DNA from: Acidobacteria bacterium UBA6911
GTDB lineage: Bacteria > Acidobacteriota > UBA6911 > RPQK01 > JAJDTT01
Length of the DNA: 64,000 bases
Assembly (NCBI GenBank): GCA_963579905.1
Contig: CAUZIZ010000003.1
Coordinates: 3,249 to 67,248 of the forward strand
Reading direction: 5' to 3'
Positions 39,745-51,776 of the stretch are shown here, piece after piece. Position 1 is the stretch's first letter. Every line of letters begins with the position of its first letter. A program made the position numbers and the translations under genes. The notes beneath the pieces were generated by a model. The model saw nothing but the letters and a program-made list of their open reading frames with translations, ran no database searches and was not told the origin of the DNA.

Positions 39745-40646
39745 ATGGTGTCCATCCTGGCCACCATCGCCACCTACTGGATCCAGGCACTTCGCTGGCA
39801 GTGCTACCTGCGCCCGGTAGGTCGCGGCCCCTTGGCCTCCTCCTTCAACATCCTGGTCATCGGAAACCTGGTGTCGACCGTTCTTCCGGGCCGGTTGGGG
39901 GACATCGTTGCGCGGGCCTTACTGATGCGCCGCTGGGAAGGGATCCTTGCGGTAAAGACTTCAGCAACGATCGAGGTGGAACGGTTATTTGACGTGCTGA
40001 TGCTGATCGGCTGCTTAGCGGTCTATTTCTACTTCTTTCAAGAAGCCGACTCCTCGGCTGACTTCTCGGCAGCCTCCAGCACTGGAATCTTATTGTTCTT
40101 AGCAGGTGCCCTTGCCACCGTTTTTCTGGTCGTTCTGCGCTTCCAGCACCGAGCCGTTCTAGGCTTGCTGGAGCGATCACTGCAGCCGTTTCCCGGGCGC
40201 CTCCGGCACGCGCTAAAGGAGAGGGAACATGCCTTTGCCGCTGGCCTGGAGCTGTTCAGTGATCTCCACAACACGGCGCTGTCGATCTTTTCTACTCGTT
40301 CGCGCCCTGGTTGGCGCATGCGGTCGCTCTCTGGGGTGTGATCAAAGCAATGGAAATTTCCTCCTTTCGGCCCTCGGATACTCTGCTCATGGTCGGACTG
40401 GGGAGCGTCGGCATGGCCATTCCGACACCAGGGGACATCGGCTCACTCCACTACGCGCTATTCTGGGGCCTGGAGAGAATCAGCGACTCGCCCGACGACA
40501 GCCTGCGGGCCGCCGCGATTCTGTCCTGGGCAATCGGGGTCCTCCCGGTGACCCTTCTGGGATTTCTGGCACTGGCGAGGCGGGGCCTGCAGTTCATGGA
40601 ACTGGTCACCATTGCCAAGCCGGAACGAGAGGATGGGGCGGGATAA
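39745..40646 (+). pseudogene. UPF0104 / lysylphosphatidylglycerol-synthase-TM-region-like (flippase-like) membrane protein with a -1 frameshift in a T4 run (40288..40291).
   Basis: ORF 39745..40341 ends ...SIFSTRSRPGW*. The overlapping frame (ORF 40311..40646) reads ...VDLFYSFAPWLAHAVALWGVIKAMEI...PTPGDIGSLHYALFWGL. Adding one T gives a continuous SIFFYSFAPWLAHAV. Confidence 0.6.
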
Positions 40647-40761
40647 GTCGGGAAGGCACTCGATCCTCTGGAGGCTCTCCTTTCCGGGGTTCTGAAGGAA
40701 TATTCTGGTAGGAATTTGAGTCACAAATTTCAGTTCAGTCCCGCCCCCAGGAAGCCCTGGC

Positions 40762-40981
40762 CTCACTCGAGAAGGAAACTTCCCGCTATTGGGAAGATTG
40801 TGCGTCACTGCGTGGGAAAGAGTTGTCCGGCTCTCTCCTCGGAACCTGGTCTCATGTTGCTAACGGCTCAAGTCGTTCGCGGCTCTGTCGGACTTGCCTT
40901 CGTCACGCTGGTACTTCACCCGTTGGCGGCACCTTCGGAGGGCAGGAGACGTGTGACGTATTCTTGGAGTTTCAAGCTTAG
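40762..40981 (+). repeat. Copy B of the ~220-bp repeat family.
   Basis: It aligns end to end with copy A (12578..12806), with several single-base indels. It lies between the UPF0104 gene and nqrA. Confidence 0.7.
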
Positions 40982-41110
40982 ACGAATCTGAAAAAGACGG
41001 TATACTCTGTGGCTGCATGATCGCCAATTTGGCCTTTGCAACAAGCAGTGTCAGATGCGATAAGGAACGTGCACCATCTAAAGGGTTGAGAGCAATTTAA
41101 GGATGGACTC

Positions 41111-42463
41111 GTGAAGCGATTCAAGATACGTAGAGGACTCAAGCTTCCGATCAGCGGCGAACCTGATCAGCGCATATCCCAGGGGAGAAGCGCCAAAACG
41201 GTCGCTCTCCTGGGTCGTGATTATGTCGGAATGAGACCCACCATGCTGGTTAAGGCTGGCGACAAGGTGACATTGGGTCAGCCTCTCGTTGAAGACAAGA
41301 GGAACCCTGGCGTCATCTTCACCTCTCCAGCTGCCGGACGGGTCGCCTCGGTCAACAGGGGCGAGAAGCGAGCCTTCCTCTCCATCATCATCAGTCGGGA
41401 AGGCCATGCTGCCGCCCAATTCGAGCGGGTCTCGTCCAACCAGCTCGAATCAGCGGGAGCTGACAAGATTCGACAGGTCCTGGTGGACTCGGGGATGTGG
41501 CCGGCTTTCCGCTCGCGGCCCTTCAGCAATGTGCCGGCCATCGACGCGAGCACCAATTCTATTTTTGTCAGTGCGCTGGACACCAATCCGCTGTCGGCAG
41601 ATCCTGCTCTTGTAATCGGCGCACATCAGGAGGCTTTCCAGAACGGGCTCCGAGCCCTTACCCTCCTGGCGTCTTCGAAGGTCATCGTCTCTCGTGCGCC
41701 GGGCTCGGAAGTGGTCATTCCAGATCACCCGAAAATTGACGGCTTTGAATTCCAGGGACCCCATCCAGCTGGTCTGGTGGGAACTCACATCCACTTCATC
41801 GATCCGGTGGGAGAGAGGAAGACGGTCTGGCACGTCGGCTATCAGGATGTCATCGCGATTGGAAAACTGCTCACTACCGGCACACTTTGGACCGAGCGCG
41901 TAGTTTCTCTCGCAGGACCCATGGTCCGGGAGCCGCGCCTGATCCGGGCGCAGCTTGGCGAGTGTCTGGGAGATCTAGTCGAAGGCGCGCTGAAAGAGGG
42001 TGAGAGCCGCCTGGTCTCCGGCTCAGTCTTCGCGGGCGATCTGGCTGGTGTATCTCCGCTGAATTACCTGGGTCGCTACCATACTCAGATTTCGGTGATT
42101 CGAGAGGATCGTTCGCGAGTCCTGCTCGGCTGGCAGGGGCCGGGTTTTGACACCTTTTCGACAAAGAACGTGTTTCTGTCCAAATTGAGATTCGGCCGGG
42201 AATTCGACTTCTCGACAAACACCAATGGAAGCAGGCGCGCGATGGTACCCATTGGCATGTATGAGGGTGTGATGCCCTTGGATATCTTTCCCACCTATCT
42301 CTTGCGCGCCCTGGTTTCTGAAGATCTGGAAAGCTCGGTTTCTCTGGGGGCCCTCGAGTTGGACGAAGAGGATCTGGGCTTGTGTTCTTTTGTCTGCCCG
42401 GGAAAAACGGAATACGGCCCGCTGCTGCGACAGATGCTCACGAGGATTGCCAAGGAAGGGTAG
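41111..42463 (+). CDS. nqrA: Na+-translocating NADH:quinone oxidoreductase subunit A.
   Basis: N-terminus [18 protein letters not shown] and length are typical of NqrA. It is the first gene of a six-gene nqr cluster. Confidence 0.9.
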   Translation: MKRFKIRRGLKLPISGEPDQRISQGRSAKTVALLGRDYVGMRPTMLVKAGDKVTLGQPLVEDKRNPGVIFTSPAAGRVASVNRGEKRAFLSIIISREGHAAAQFERVSSNQLESAGADKIRQVLVDSGMWPAFRSRPFSNVPAIDASTNSIFVSALDTNPLSADPALVIGAHQEAFQNGLRALTLLASSKVIVSRAPGSEVVIPDHPKIDGFEFQGPHPAGLVGTHIHFIDPVGERKTVWHVGYQDVIAIGKLLTTGTLWTERVVSLAGPMVREPRLIRAQLGECLGDLVEGALKEGESRLVSGSVFAGDLAGVSPLNYLGRYHTQISVIREDRSRVLLGWQGPGFDTFSTKNVFLSKLRFGREFDFSTNTNGSRRAMVPIGMYEGVMPLDIFPTYLLRALVSEDLESSVSLGALELDEEDLGLCSFVCPGKTEYGPLLRQMLTRIAKEG

Positions 42464-42470
42464 CGAAGGA

Positions 42471-43691
42471 ATGAAGCCTCTGCGGAATTTTCTCGATGGT
42501 CTGGAACCATCCTTCAAAGAGCGTGGGAAGCTGGAGAAGCTCTACCCTCTTTATGAGGCCCTGGACACCTTTCTCTACACACCCGGTGACGTGACTCCAG
42601 AGGCTCCCCATATCCGTGATGGCATAGACCTCAAGCGGATGATGATCACGGTCGTCGCTGCCTTGGTACCCTGCATCCTGATGGCACTGTTCAATACCGG
42701 CTATCAGGCCAACCTGGCTCTGCAGGAAATGGGACTCACAGAGACTATCGGTTGGCGGGCGGCGCTCATTGCCTGGTTGGGCGTTGGTTACGACCCGCAG
42801 AACTTGATTGCCGACGCAGTGCATGGAGCGCTTTACTTCGTCCCCGTGTTCCTGGTAGCCAACATCGTCGGCGGTCTAGCGGAAGGGACCTTCTCGATTA
42901 TCCGAAAACACGAGATCAATGAGGGTTTCATGGTAACCGGGATGCTATTCCCCCTGATCCTGCCCCCGACCGTGCCTCTGTGGCAGGTTGCCCTGGGAAT
43001 TCTCTTCGGCGTCGTGGTGGGAAAGGAAGTTTTCGGGGGCACAGGCAAGAATTTTCTCAATCCGGCCCTGACGGCCCGAGCCTTTCTCTATTTTGCCTAT
43101 CCGGCCCAGTTATCGGGCAACGCAATCTGGACAGCCGTCGATGGTTTCAGCGGTGCCTCGGTCCTTGGCCTGGCGGCATCCGATGGAATGGCCGCCGTCC
43201 AGCAGCAGTACACGTGGATGGATTCGTTCCTCGGCACCATCCAGGGATCGATGGGAGAGACCTCGACCGTCGCCTGCCTGCTTGGTGCCGGCCTATTGAT
43301 TCTCACCGGCGTTGGCTCCTGGAGAATCATGCTGAGCTGCTCCGCCGGCGCTCTGGCGACCTCCTGGATGCTGTACTCGATTGGCAGCGATACCAACCCC
43401 ATGTTTGAGATGTCGCCGGCCTGGCATTTCGTGGTCGGAGGGCTCGCTTTCGGGATCGTGTTCATGGCAACGGATCCCGTTTCAGCAGCCTTTACAAATA
43501 TCGGTAAATATTTCTATGGGATCTTGATCGGTTTCATGGCGATTCTGATCCGGGTAATCAACCCAGCGTTTCCAGAGGGGACCATGCTTGCCATTCTCTT
43601 CGGTAATGTCTTCGCACCACTGATCGATTACTACGTGGTGAAGGCCAATATTCGGCGGCGGGCAACCAGAACCCAGGTGAATTATGTCTAA
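42471..43691 (+). CDS. nqrB: Na+-NQR subunit B.
   Basis: [13 protein letters not shown]...[15 protein letters not shown]...IDLKRMM is NqrB-like. ORF 42390.. is trimmed to ATG 42471. The stop TAA overlaps the nqrC start. Confidence 0.9.
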   Translation: MKPLRNFLDGLEPSFKERGKLEKLYPLYEALDTFLYTPGDVTPEAPHIRDGIDLKRMMITVVAALVPCILMALFNTGYQANLALQEMGLTETIGWRAALIAWLGVGYDPQNLIADAVHGALYFVPVFLVANIVGGLAEGTFSIIRKHEINEGFMVTGMLFPLILPPTVPLWQVALGILFGVVVGKEVFGGTGKNFLNPALTARAFLYFAYPAQLSGNAIWTAVDGFSGASVLGLAASDGMAAVQQQYTWMDSFLGTIQGSMGETSTVACLLGAGLLILTGVGSWRIMLSCSAGALATSWMLYSIGSDTNPMFEMSPAWHFVVGGLAFGIVFMATDPVSAAFTNIGKYFYGILIGFMAILIRVINPAFPEGTMLAILFGNVFAPLIDYYVVKANIRRRATRTQVNYV

Positions 43692-44451
43692 CGACACGGT
43701 CTCGAAGACATTTCTGGTGGCATTCCTGCTCTGCGTCGTCTGTGCGGTGGTCGTGTCCACCTCAGCGGTCAAGCTTCGGCCAGTGCAGCAGATCAACCAG
43801 GCCCTGGACAAGAAGAGCAATATCCTCTCGGCAGCGGGCCTACTAGAAGAAGGAGTGGATGTGGACCGGGTCTACCGGGACTCTATCGAGTCAAGAATCG
43901 TCGACCTCGACACCGGTGAGTACGCGGCCGGGGTGGATGCGGAGACCTTCGATCAGCGGAAAGCGGCCAGGGACCCAGCTCGCAGTATCGAAATAGACGA
44001 GGACCTTGCGGGTATCGGAAGGCGGTCACGCCAGGCTTCCGTGTACCTGGTCAAGAACGGCGACAAAGCAGGTCGCCTGATCCTGCCCGTTCACGGGAAG
44101 GGACTCTGGTCGACCTTGTACGGTTTCCTCGCACTCGACATGGACATGAACACGATTGAAGCCCTGAGCTTCTACCAACATGCCGAGACCCCGGGTCTTG
44201 GAGGGGAAGTGGATAACCCCAAGTGGAAGGCCCTTTGGAAGGGAAAAAAGGCCTACGGTGAAGATGGACAGGCGCGAATCGAGGTGATCAAGGGCAAAGT
44301 CGATGGATCAGCAGCTAGCGCCATCCACCAAGTGGATGGCCTTTCCGGCGCGACCATTACCTCACGTGGAGTGCGCAACCTGCTCCGCTACTGGTTGAGT
44401 GAGAACGGCTTCGGGAGGTATCTCGCACGAGTGCGACGAGAGGGAGTTTAA
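43684..44451 (+). CDS. nqrC: Na+-NQR subunit C (FMN-binding).
   Basis: Single N-terminal TM segment and the FMN-attachment region ...[13 protein letters not shown]. Confidence 0.85.
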   Translation: MSNDTVSKTFLVAFLLCVVCAVVVSTSAVKLRPVQQINQALDKKSNILSAAGLLEEGVDVDRVYRDSIESRIVDLDTGEYAAGVDAETFDQRKAARDPARSIEIDEDLAGIGRRSRQASVYLVKNGDKAGRLILPVHGKGLWSTLYGFLALDMDMNTIEALSFYQHAETPGLGGEVDNPKWKALWKGKKAYGEDGQARIEVIKGKVDGSAASAIHQVDGLSGATITSRGVRNLLRYWLSENGFGRYLARVRREGV

Positions 44452-44457
44452 CGCACA

Positions 44458-45084
44458 ATGGCAAGTCAAATTCGCAAAGTCCTCTTCGGACCGCTGTTCG
44501 AGCAGAACCCCATCGCTCTACAAGTACTGGGCATTTGTTCCGCCCTGGCAGTCACTACCAAGATGGAGACCGTGATGGTGATGTGCCTTGCGGTCATCGG
44601 CGTACTCGCCTGTTCCAATTCGGCAGTGAGTCTGATTCGCAATCACATCCCTTCGAGTATTCGAATTATTGTACAGATGACCATCATTGCCTCACTTGTG
44701 ATCGTTGCCGATCAGATCCTAAGGGCCTATGCCTATGAAATAAGCAAGCAGCTCTCCGTGTTCGTCGGCCTTATCATCACAAACTGTATCGTGATGGGCC
44801 GTGCCGAGGCCTTCGCCATGAAGAACGGTGTCTTCAACAGCTTTCTCGACGGTGTCGGCAATGGCCTGGGCTACAGCTTGATTCTGGTAGTTGTCGGACT
44901 ACTGCGTGAGTTTTTCGGCTCTGGCGCCCTCTTCGGCCAGGTCCTGCTTCCCTTGACCACGGACGGCGGCTGGTACAACGCCAACGGGTTGATGCTGCTT
45001 CCGCCCAGTGCGTTTTTCATCATAGGAATATTCATCTGGGTTCTGCGTTCGGTGAAGACCGAGCAGGTGGAGCACGAAGGATAG
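44458..45084 (+). CDS. nqrD: Na+-NQR subunit D.
   Basis: [26 protein letters not shown]... is the NqrD/RnfE family signature. Position in the operon fits. Confidence 0.85.
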   Translation: MASQIRKVLFGPLFEQNPIALQVLGICSALAVTTKMETVMVMCLAVIGVLACSNSAVSLIRNHIPSSIRIIVQMTIIASLVIVADQILRAYAYEISKQLSVFVGLIITNCIVMGRAEAFAMKNGVFNSFLDGVGNGLGYSLILVVVGLLREFFGSGALFGQVLLPLTTDGGWYNANGLMLLPPSAFFIIGIFIWVLRSVKTEQVEHEG

Positions 45085-45088
45085 AACG

Positions 45089-45700
45089 GTGTTCGAAGAA
45101 TACTTGAGCCTCTTTTTGAAAGCGGTCTTCGTCGAGAACATGGCGTTGGCCTTTTTCCTGGGCATGTGCACTTTTTTGGCAGTCTCCAAGAACGTGGAAA
45201 CCGCTAGCGGGCTGGGGCTCGCGGTAATCGTGGTCCAAACCATCACGATACCCATCAACAATCTCCTCTATCGCAACGTCCTCAGCGAGGGAGCGCTGAC
45301 CTGGGCGGGGCTGCCCGAGACCAACCTCTCATTCCTTGGACTGATCACCTACATCGGAGTGATCGCCGCGATGGTTCAGATCCTGGAGATGGCCTTGGAC
45401 CGTTTCGTACCATCGCTCTACAACGCCCTGGGGATTTTCCTTCCTTTGATCACGGTCAACTGCGCGATACTCGGAGGCTCCTTGTTCATGGTGGAGCGCG
45501 AATACGATTTCGGCGAAAGCGTCGTTTACGGTTTCGGATCGGGTTTCGGCTGGGCCCTGGCCATCATGGTACTGGCGGGCATTCGCGAGAAACTCAAGTA
45601 CAGCGACGTCCCCGAGGGGCTGAAGGGCCTGGGGATTACCTTCATCATCGTCGGCCTGATTTCGCTGGCGTTCATGTCCTTTTCGGGAATCCAGCTATAG
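45089..45700 (+). CDS. nqrE: Na+-NQR subunit E.
   Basis: [32 protein letters not shown] is the canonical NqrE N-terminus. Confidence 0.85.
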   Translation: MFEEYLSLFLKAVFVENMALAFFLGMCTFLAVSKNVETASGLGLAVIVVQTITIPINNLLYRNVLSEGALTWAGLPETNLSFLGLITYIGVIAAMVQILEMALDRFVPSLYNALGIFLPLITVNCAILGGSLFMVEREYDFGESVVYGFGSGFGWALAIMVLAGIREKLKYSDVPEGLKGLGITFIIVGLISLAFMSFSGIQL

Positions 45701-45706
45701 CCTGAC

Positions 45707-46921
45707 ATGGAAATCTTTCTCGGTGTTTCGATGTTTACGATTATCGTCCTGGCCCTGGTGACGGTAATCCTATTCGCCCGATCCAAGTTGGTTGCCTCGG
45801 GGAATGTCGACATCCTCATCAATGGGGAACGCAATATTTCCGTACCTACTGGCGGAAAGCTTCTCAATATCCTCGCAGACCAGAAGATCTTCGTTTCCTC
45901 AGCCTGCGGTGGTGGCGGAACCTGTGCCCAGTGCAAAGTGAATATTTTCGAAGGTGGCGGCGACATTTTGGCCACGGAAAAGGCTCATATCAGCCGCGGT
46001 GAAGCGAAAGAGGGCTGCCGCCTCTCCTGCCAGGTGGTGGTCAAGCAAAATCTGAAAATCGAGGTGCCGGAGGATGTCTTCGGGGTCAGGAAGTGGACCT
46101 GCAAGGTTCGATCCAATCACAACGTGGCGACCTTCATCAAAGAGCTGATCCTGGACCTGCCCGAAGGGGAAAACGTCGATTTTCGCGCGGGCGGCTTCAT
46201 CCAGATTGAGTGCCCACCCCACACAGTGCGCTACCGAGACTTCGATATCGAAAAAGAATATCGGGATGCCTGGGATGCCTTCAATCTCTGGGATCTTGAA
46301 TCGGTCGTGGAGGAAACAGAGTACCGTGCCTATTCGATGGCCAACTTTCCCGAAGAAAAGGGCATGATCATGCTCAACGTGCGGGTGGCCGTTCCACCAC
46401 CCCGCACCAACTTTCCCCCAGGAAAGATGACCTCCTACATGTTCAATCTTAAGCCGGGAGACGAGGTCACCATCTCGGGCCCGTATGGCGAGTTTTTCGC
46501 CAAAGAGACGCAGGCGGAAATGATCTTCATTGGCGGCGGCGCCGGGATGGCACCGATGCGATCCCACCTCTACGATCAGTTCCGACGAGTTCACACCGAT
46601 CGCAAGGTCAGCTTCTGGTACGGTGCCCGCAGCTTACGCGAGGCCTTCTACTGGGATGAATACGATAAGCTGCAAGCGGAGAATCCGAACTTTGGCTGGC
46701 ACCTGGCGCTCTCGGAACCCCAGGGAGAGGACAACTGGGCCGGCTATACCGGTTTCATCCATCAAGTCCTCTATGACAACTATCTCAGGGACCACGAGGC
46801 CCCGGAGGACTGCGAGTACTACATCTGTGGACCTCCAATGATGAACCAGGCGGTGTTCAAGCTACTCGATGATCTGGGTGTCGAACCCGAGAACATCGCC
46901 TACGACGATTTCGGCGGCTAG
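45707..46921 (+). CDS. nqrF: Na+-NQR subunit F (2Fe-2S ferredoxin + FAD/NADH-binding).
   Basis: N-terminal TM segment. 2Fe-2S cysteines [20 protein letters not shown]-binding C-terminal domain. Confidence 0.9.
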   Translation: MEIFLGVSMFTIIVLALVTVILFARSKLVASGNVDILINGERNISVPTGGKLLNILADQKIFVSSACGGGGTCAQCKVNIFEGGGDILATEKAHISRGEAKEGCRLSCQVVVKQNLKIEVPEDVFGVRKWTCKVRSNHNVATFIKELILDLPEGENVDFRAGGFIQIECPPHTVRYRDFDIEKEYRDAWDAFNLWDLESVVEETEYRAYSMANFPEEKGMIMLNVRVAVPPPRTNFPPGKMTSYMFNLKPGDEVTISGPYGEFFAKETQAEMIFIGGGAGMAPMRSHLYDQFRRVHTDRKVSFWYGARSLREAFYWDEYDKLQAENPNFGWHLALSEPQGEDNWAGYTGFIHQVLYDNYLRDHEAPEDCEYYICGPPMMNQAVFKLLDDLGVEPENIAYDDFGG

Positions 46922-46927
46922 TCCCTC

Positions 46928-47953
46928 GTGTTGAAGCCTCTACTTGGTCTCCTGGCGATGCTGGGGGCCGCCCTTCTTGTTCTCTTCTGGAAGCCCACCT
47001 ACGAAGCGCTGCACATCGGCAACACGATGGGGACGACCTATAGGGTCAAATGGCTGAGCAACCAAGGGACGGAGGGCACCCAAGAGATTCGTGCTGGCAT
47101 TGACGACCAGCTCGAGGACATCAATCGCAGGATGTCCACCTATCTGCCCGACTCCGAGCTTTCGCGGTTCAATCGCTCATCCGATAGTGATTGGTTCGCA
47201 GTCTCCGTGCCAACGGCAGAGGTGGTCAAGGAGGCGCTCCGGATCGCTGATCTTACCCAGGGGGCCTTCGACCCAACCATCGGACCTTTAGTCGATCTCT
47301 GGGGCTTTGGTTCTGGCGAGGACCGGATCGAACCTCCTTCGGATCAGGAGATAGCTGCCACGATCAGCCGGATTGGATTCGAGCGGCTGGAGCTAAGAGG
47401 CGACGCCCCGGCTCTGCGAAAACAGGCCGCGGATCTGGAAATTGACCTGTCGGCGATCGCCAAGGGCTATGCGGTAGATCGGGTCGCCGGCTTCCTGGCA
47501 GGCCATGAAGTCGAGAATTTCATGGTCGAGGTAGGCGGAGAGGTTCGGGCACAGGGTCAAAGCCTCGCCGATAGGCCTTGGAGAGTCGCCGTAGAACGGC
47601 CACATATTGACAAACCAGTCGCTCACCGAGTGCTTCCACTATCCGACCTGGCGATGGCGACCTCGGGTACTTATCGCAACTACTTCGATGCCGGAGGGCG
47701 GCGCTACTCTCACACCATCGATCCAGCCAGCGGATGGCCGATCGACCATCACACCATCTCGGTCAGCGTGGTCCATCCCTCTTGTATGACAGCAGATGCC
47801 CTCGCGACAGCCCTACTGGTCCTGGGAGCTGATAGAGGCCTTCGGCTTGCCGAGAAAAACGGCTGGACAGTTCTTTTCATCCGCGAGAAAAACGATAGAA
47901 TAGAAGAGATTAAGACGTCGCAATTTCGCGGCCGCTTTGGCAAACAGCCATGA
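46928..47953 (+). CDS. apbE: FAD:protein FMN transferase ApbE.
   Basis: ApbE family, immediately downstream of nqrF as in other nqr loci. The stop overlaps the next ORF. Confidence 0.8.
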   Translation: MLKPLLGLLAMLGAALLVLFWKPTYEALHIGNTMGTTYRVKWLSNQGTEGTQEIRAGIDDQLEDINRRMSTYLPDSELSRFNRSSDSDWFAVSVPTAEVVKEALRIADLTQGAFDPTIGPLVDLWGFGSGEDRIEPPSDQEIAATISRIGFERLELRGDAPALRKQAADLEIDLSAIAKGYAVDRVAGFLAGHEVENFMVEVGGEVRAQGQSLADRPWRVAVERPHIDKPVAHRVLPLSDLAMATSGTYRNYFDAGGRRYSHTIDPASGWPIDHHTISVSVVHPSCMTADALATALLVLGADRGLRLAEKNGWTVLFIREKNDRIEEIKTSQFRGRFGKQP

Positions 47954-48174
47954 CTCTCTACTTGATCACATTCCTATTCTTTGGACTCGCAGTCGCAGGC
48001 ATGGCGGTGGGTGTAATGGTCACGGGCCGTCGCATCAAGGGAAGCTGCGGCGGCCTGAATAGCCTGGTGACTGACGCTTCGGGCAGACAGAGCTGCAGCA
48101 TCTGTGGAGCGACCTACGAAGAACAGGCTGAGGGTGGCTGCGGCGAGGAGAGTCCAAGTAGATCAGCCGTTTGA
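47950..48174 (+). CDS. nqrM: (Na+)-NQR maturation protein NqrM (DUF539).
   Basis: 74 aa. One TM segment followed by a conserved Cys cluster GSCGG...CSICG. It sits in the canonical position after apbE. Confidence 0.7.
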   Translation: MTLYLITFLFFGLAVAGMAVGVMVTGRRIKGSCGGLNSLVTDASGRQSCSICGATYEEQAEGGCGEESPSRSAV

Positions 48175-48416
48175 CAGAGTCCTGGCTGTGAAGGAGCGGT
48201 GGCGGGTTAAGATGGGTTAAGATCCCGCCTCGCTATCGCTTGGAGCGTAGGACGACTTCCTTGTCATCGCCCAGCGCAATTTCGAAGCTTAGAAGATCGA
48301 AGGCTCCGAGTCGATTCCAGCCCTTGAGCTCATATTATACCGGGTCGAAGGGGGACTTCCCAGCCGCTTTGCTTGAGCTTCCCACCCACACTCTTGGGGC
48401 CCTCGAATCGACTGAT

Positions 48417-49263
48417 CTAGCAGCGCTCGTCTTTCTGTGGCGAACCGTCATCTTTGAGATAGCGGACGGTTACATGACCCACAGGAAACTCGATCTTGAA
48501 ATCCTGAGAATCCTCCTCGCTAAGCACAAGGCCCTGGTGCACATAAGGTGTGAGCTGATCTGGACGGTGGAGATTATAGATCCCGGGCAAGGCACGGACG
48601 CCATTGCTCCATCCTGCCAGAGCTCGTAGTTCTGCCGAAAATCGATACCGGAGTCCGAAGCGTACCATCCTGATGCGTGCCTGCACCGTATGGACCATCT
48701 TGAACAGGAGTTCCTTGTGCTCGCCGTCGCCAAGCGATTCGGTTACGCTGAGCTCGTTCTCCCGGTTGGGACGCGCCCTGAACTCGTATGTCCCGGGGCT
48801 GACATAGACCCTATCTTGGGCCCGCAAAGTGGACGCCTTCTTGCCGCCTTGATAGGCGGTTATCAACGAACCTCGGTCTTTCTTCCCCTCCTCCAGAAAC
48901 TTGGCCTGGACCGAAGGGGGTTCTGTGACGACGACCTCTACCAGGGTCTCTCCCCCTGTCGGAAACCCGGACGGTCTGGGTAACGGGTAGATAATGCTTC
49001 GCCGTTCTAAGTATGGACGCCCACATCGAGCCTGATCCGTCGAAGATGATATAAACACCGTCCTGCAGCGCTTGCTGAGCCCTCGCCGGCCCCAGAGCCA
49101 AAAACGACGTAAACGCCAGCAGCTTGACAGTCAGTACGCTTCTCCCCATCTTCCCAGTGTCCTTCCCTTGGTCCGATTGCGTCTTTTCGATCCTCTCCAT
49201 GCTACTACTTACGGTGCTCACCTCACAGGAGGGGTCAAAAACCAGGGGAGGCTGAACTCGCAA
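48417..49263 (-). pseudogene. Secreted vWA-like protein, probably frameshifted.
   Basis: ORF 48811..49263 has a signal peptide MGRSVLTVKLLAFTSFLALGPARA and the MIDAS motif DGVYIIFDGSGSMW. The overlapping ORF 48417..49058 in another frame carries the rest. The frameshift position was not resolved. Confidence 0.35.
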
Positions 49264-49380
49264 CTCCGAGGAATGATATGCCTCGCGGGTGTTGGATTTT
49301 TACAACTTCCCTGGCTTGGACGGCTGATATAAGATGCCTGCGAACCTCGACGGTCTCTTGGGCTACTACACCAATACGAT

Positions 49381-50913
49381 ATGAGTCTTTTCGACAGCTC
49401 CGGCGGCGGACTCGCACCCATCGACTGGATCATCGTCGCTTTGTATGCCCTTGGTACCATCCTCCTGGGCGGCTACTACTCCCGTCGTCAGATTAGCCTG
49501 GAGGAATACTTTACGGGCGGCGGCAGGATGAATCCGACGCTAATAGGGGTCTCCCTGATGGCCACTTCCTTGAGCAGCATCGGCTACCTTTCCATTCCAG
49601 GAGAAGCCATTTCCAAGGGTCCAGCGGGACTGGCAAATATGCTGGCCCATCCTTTTATCTTCGTGGTGGTTGGCTTCATCTTCATCCCTTTCTTCATGAG
49701 GACCCGGGTCATCAGTGCCTACGAGCTCCTGGAAGAGCGGCTGGGTCTGGGAATCCGGATGCTAGGGGCCGTGCTGTTCCTCCTCTTCCGGTTGGTGTGG
49801 ATGTCGTTGCTGGTCTTTCTGGCCGCCCAGGCCCTGGCCATCATGATGGGCCTGGACGAGTCGTGGGTACCTTGGATCACTCTCATCACCGGATTGATTG
49901 CTGTCACCTACACCTCGTTGGGTGGACTGCGAGCCGTCGTCGTCACGGACGGCTTCCAGACCCTGTTCATGTTGGTAGGAGCGCTTCTGGTGATTGGCCT
50001 TGTGACCTATCGGATGGGTGGGATCGGTTGGTTTCCGACCACCTGGCCGCCCCACTGGGATGAGCAGCCCCTGTACAGTTTCGACCCTTCCGTTCGTCTG
50101 AGCATCCTGGGCACCATTTTCTCCACCTTCATCCTGACCTGCTGCGGCCTGGCAGGTGATCAGACCAAGATCCAACGTCTGATGGCGACCACTGACGCCA
50201 GGGCTGCGCGGCGAGCCTATGCGACCAACCAGATCGTAGGGATCGCAGTGGTGCTGACACTCTGGCTGGTGGGATTCGCGCTTCTGGGGCTGGTTCAGAA
50301 CAACCCCGAACCTCTCCCCGCTGGACTCGATACCGGAGCCAACGGCGACAAGGTCTTCCCCTACTTCATCTCCTATCTGTTGCCGCCGGGCATCTCCGGG
50401 CTGGTAGTGGCAGCCCTGCTGGCGGCCGCCATGTCCAGCATCGACTCAGGGGTAAACTCCATCACGGCGGTAATCGATCGGGACTTTCTGCACCGCTTCG
50501 GGAAACTCCCATCCGACCCCAAGATCCAGGCACGTTGGGCTAAGATCCTGGCCTTCGTTATCGGGGCTGTGATCGTCTTGGGAAGCGCCTTCATGGGGGG
50601 CGTTTCCGGCAACATCTGGGCGATCACCAAGAAAACCTCAGGCTTGCTAATGACCCCCATGTTCGGTCTCTTCTTCTTCGCCTTTTTCGTGCCCTTTGCC
50701 CGGCCCCTGGGCGTCGCGGCGGGTGCCATCTGCGGCCTGACTACAGCGGTGCTCCTCGCCTACTCTGGCGCTATCTTCGGGAGGGACCCGATCAGTGGAG
50801 CCGATCCGGTGAGCTTCATGTGGATTGCTCCGGGTGCTCTGGTCGTGAACCTGACTGTCGGAACCGTAATCAGCTACGGCCTGCACGTCTTTCGGGGAAG
50901 GGTTAGCAGTTAG
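49381..50913 (+). CDS. Sodium:solute symporter (SSS) family transporter.
   Basis: 510 aa with ~13 TM segments. YFTGGGRMNPTLIGVSLMATSLSSIGYLSIPGEA. Confidence 0.85.
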   Translation: MSLFDSSGGGLAPIDWIIVALYALGTILLGGYYSRRQISLEEYFTGGGRMNPTLIGVSLMATSLSSIGYLSIPGEAISKGPAGLANMLAHPFIFVVVGFIFIPFFMRTRVISAYELLEERLGLGIRMLGAVLFLLFRLVWMSLLVFLAAQALAIMMGLDESWVPWITLITGLIAVTYTSLGGLRAVVVTDGFQTLFMLVGALLVIGLVTYRMGGIGWFPTTWPPHWDEQPLYSFDPSVRLSILGTIFSTFILTCCGLAGDQTKIQRLMATTDARAARRAYATNQIVGIAVVLTLWLVGFALLGLVQNNPEPLPAGLDTGANGDKVFPYFISYLLPPGISGLVVAALLAAAMSSIDSGVNSITAVIDRDFLHRFGKLPSDPKIQARWAKILAFVIGAVIVLGSAFMGGVSGNIWAITKKTSGLLMTPMFGLFFFAFFVPFARPLGVAAGAICGLTTAVLLAYSGAIFGRDPISGADPVSFMWIAPGALVVNLTVGTVISYGLHVFRGRVSS

Positions 50914-50938
50914 CAGTTAGCAGTTAGCAGCGAATACT

Positions 50939-51445
50939 ATGTCCGCTGAACTATTTAGACATCGTACTGCTCCAGAATTGGCCGACATGCCTGCTCGCCA
51001 TATTCGTTACCGAATGGTTGCCGTCACCACCTTGATGTCGGTTCTGCTCTACCTCGATCGCTTCTGCATTTCCTTTGCCGAGGTTTTCATCAAGGAAGAC
51101 CTGGGCCTAACGGATACCCAGGTGGGCTGGATGTTGAGCGCCTTCTTCTGGACCTATGCCCTGGGCCAGGTTCCCTGCGGATGGTTGGCGGATCGGTTCG
51201 GCGCCCGAGTGATGCTAACAATCTACATTCTCCTCTGGTCCCTGTTCACGGGGCTGACAGGGGCAGCCGGCGTTTTCAGCGCCCTTCTGGCAATGAGATT
51301 CGGATTTGGATTAGGCCAGGCAGGAGCATATCCAACAAGCGCCAATCTGGTTAGCAAATGGATTCCCTTCTCGGGTCGCGGGTCGGCGAGGGGATCAACC
51401 GCAACTGGAATCTCGCCTTTCTCACCTGTGCTGCCGCGTTCCTGA
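50939..51445 (+). pseudogene. N-terminal ~150-aa fragment of an MFS transporter (ACS/anion:cation symporter-like).
   Basis: LYLDRFCISFAEVFIKEDLGLTDTQVGWMLSAFFWTYALGQVPCGWLADRFGAR...RFGFGLGQAGAYPTSANLVSKW is an MFS N-terminal half (TM1-4). The ORF stops and nothing MFS-like follows. Confidence 0.6.
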
Positions 51446-51776
51446 TTGCGGGAATCGCGGCGCTCGGGATGAATGCGTCCGTCCCGATAGTCCCTGAAGA
51501 CGAAAGCGAAATCCGCCCAGCTTGAGCATCAGCATATCCCTCGCCCACAAAATTCATAGATTTTCGTAGCGAGGCGGTGACAGCGCCGTCCTGGCAAGGC
51601 TTGCGACCGAGACCACACGTGGCGAACCTCCGCAGTCGCACCCGTTCAGTACCTCGAGGAGGGCGACCGAGCGCAACGCAGCCAGGGGGGATGATGGCGC
51701 CGCCGCAGTAGAACACTTGTGGATTATGCGGGCTAAAGTCCCGTCGGGTTGAGGTCGAAGAAGTCCATGAGAACTC

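Noticed and set aside
45899-46594. 231-aa minus-strand ORF.
   Set aside because: Antisense to nqrF.
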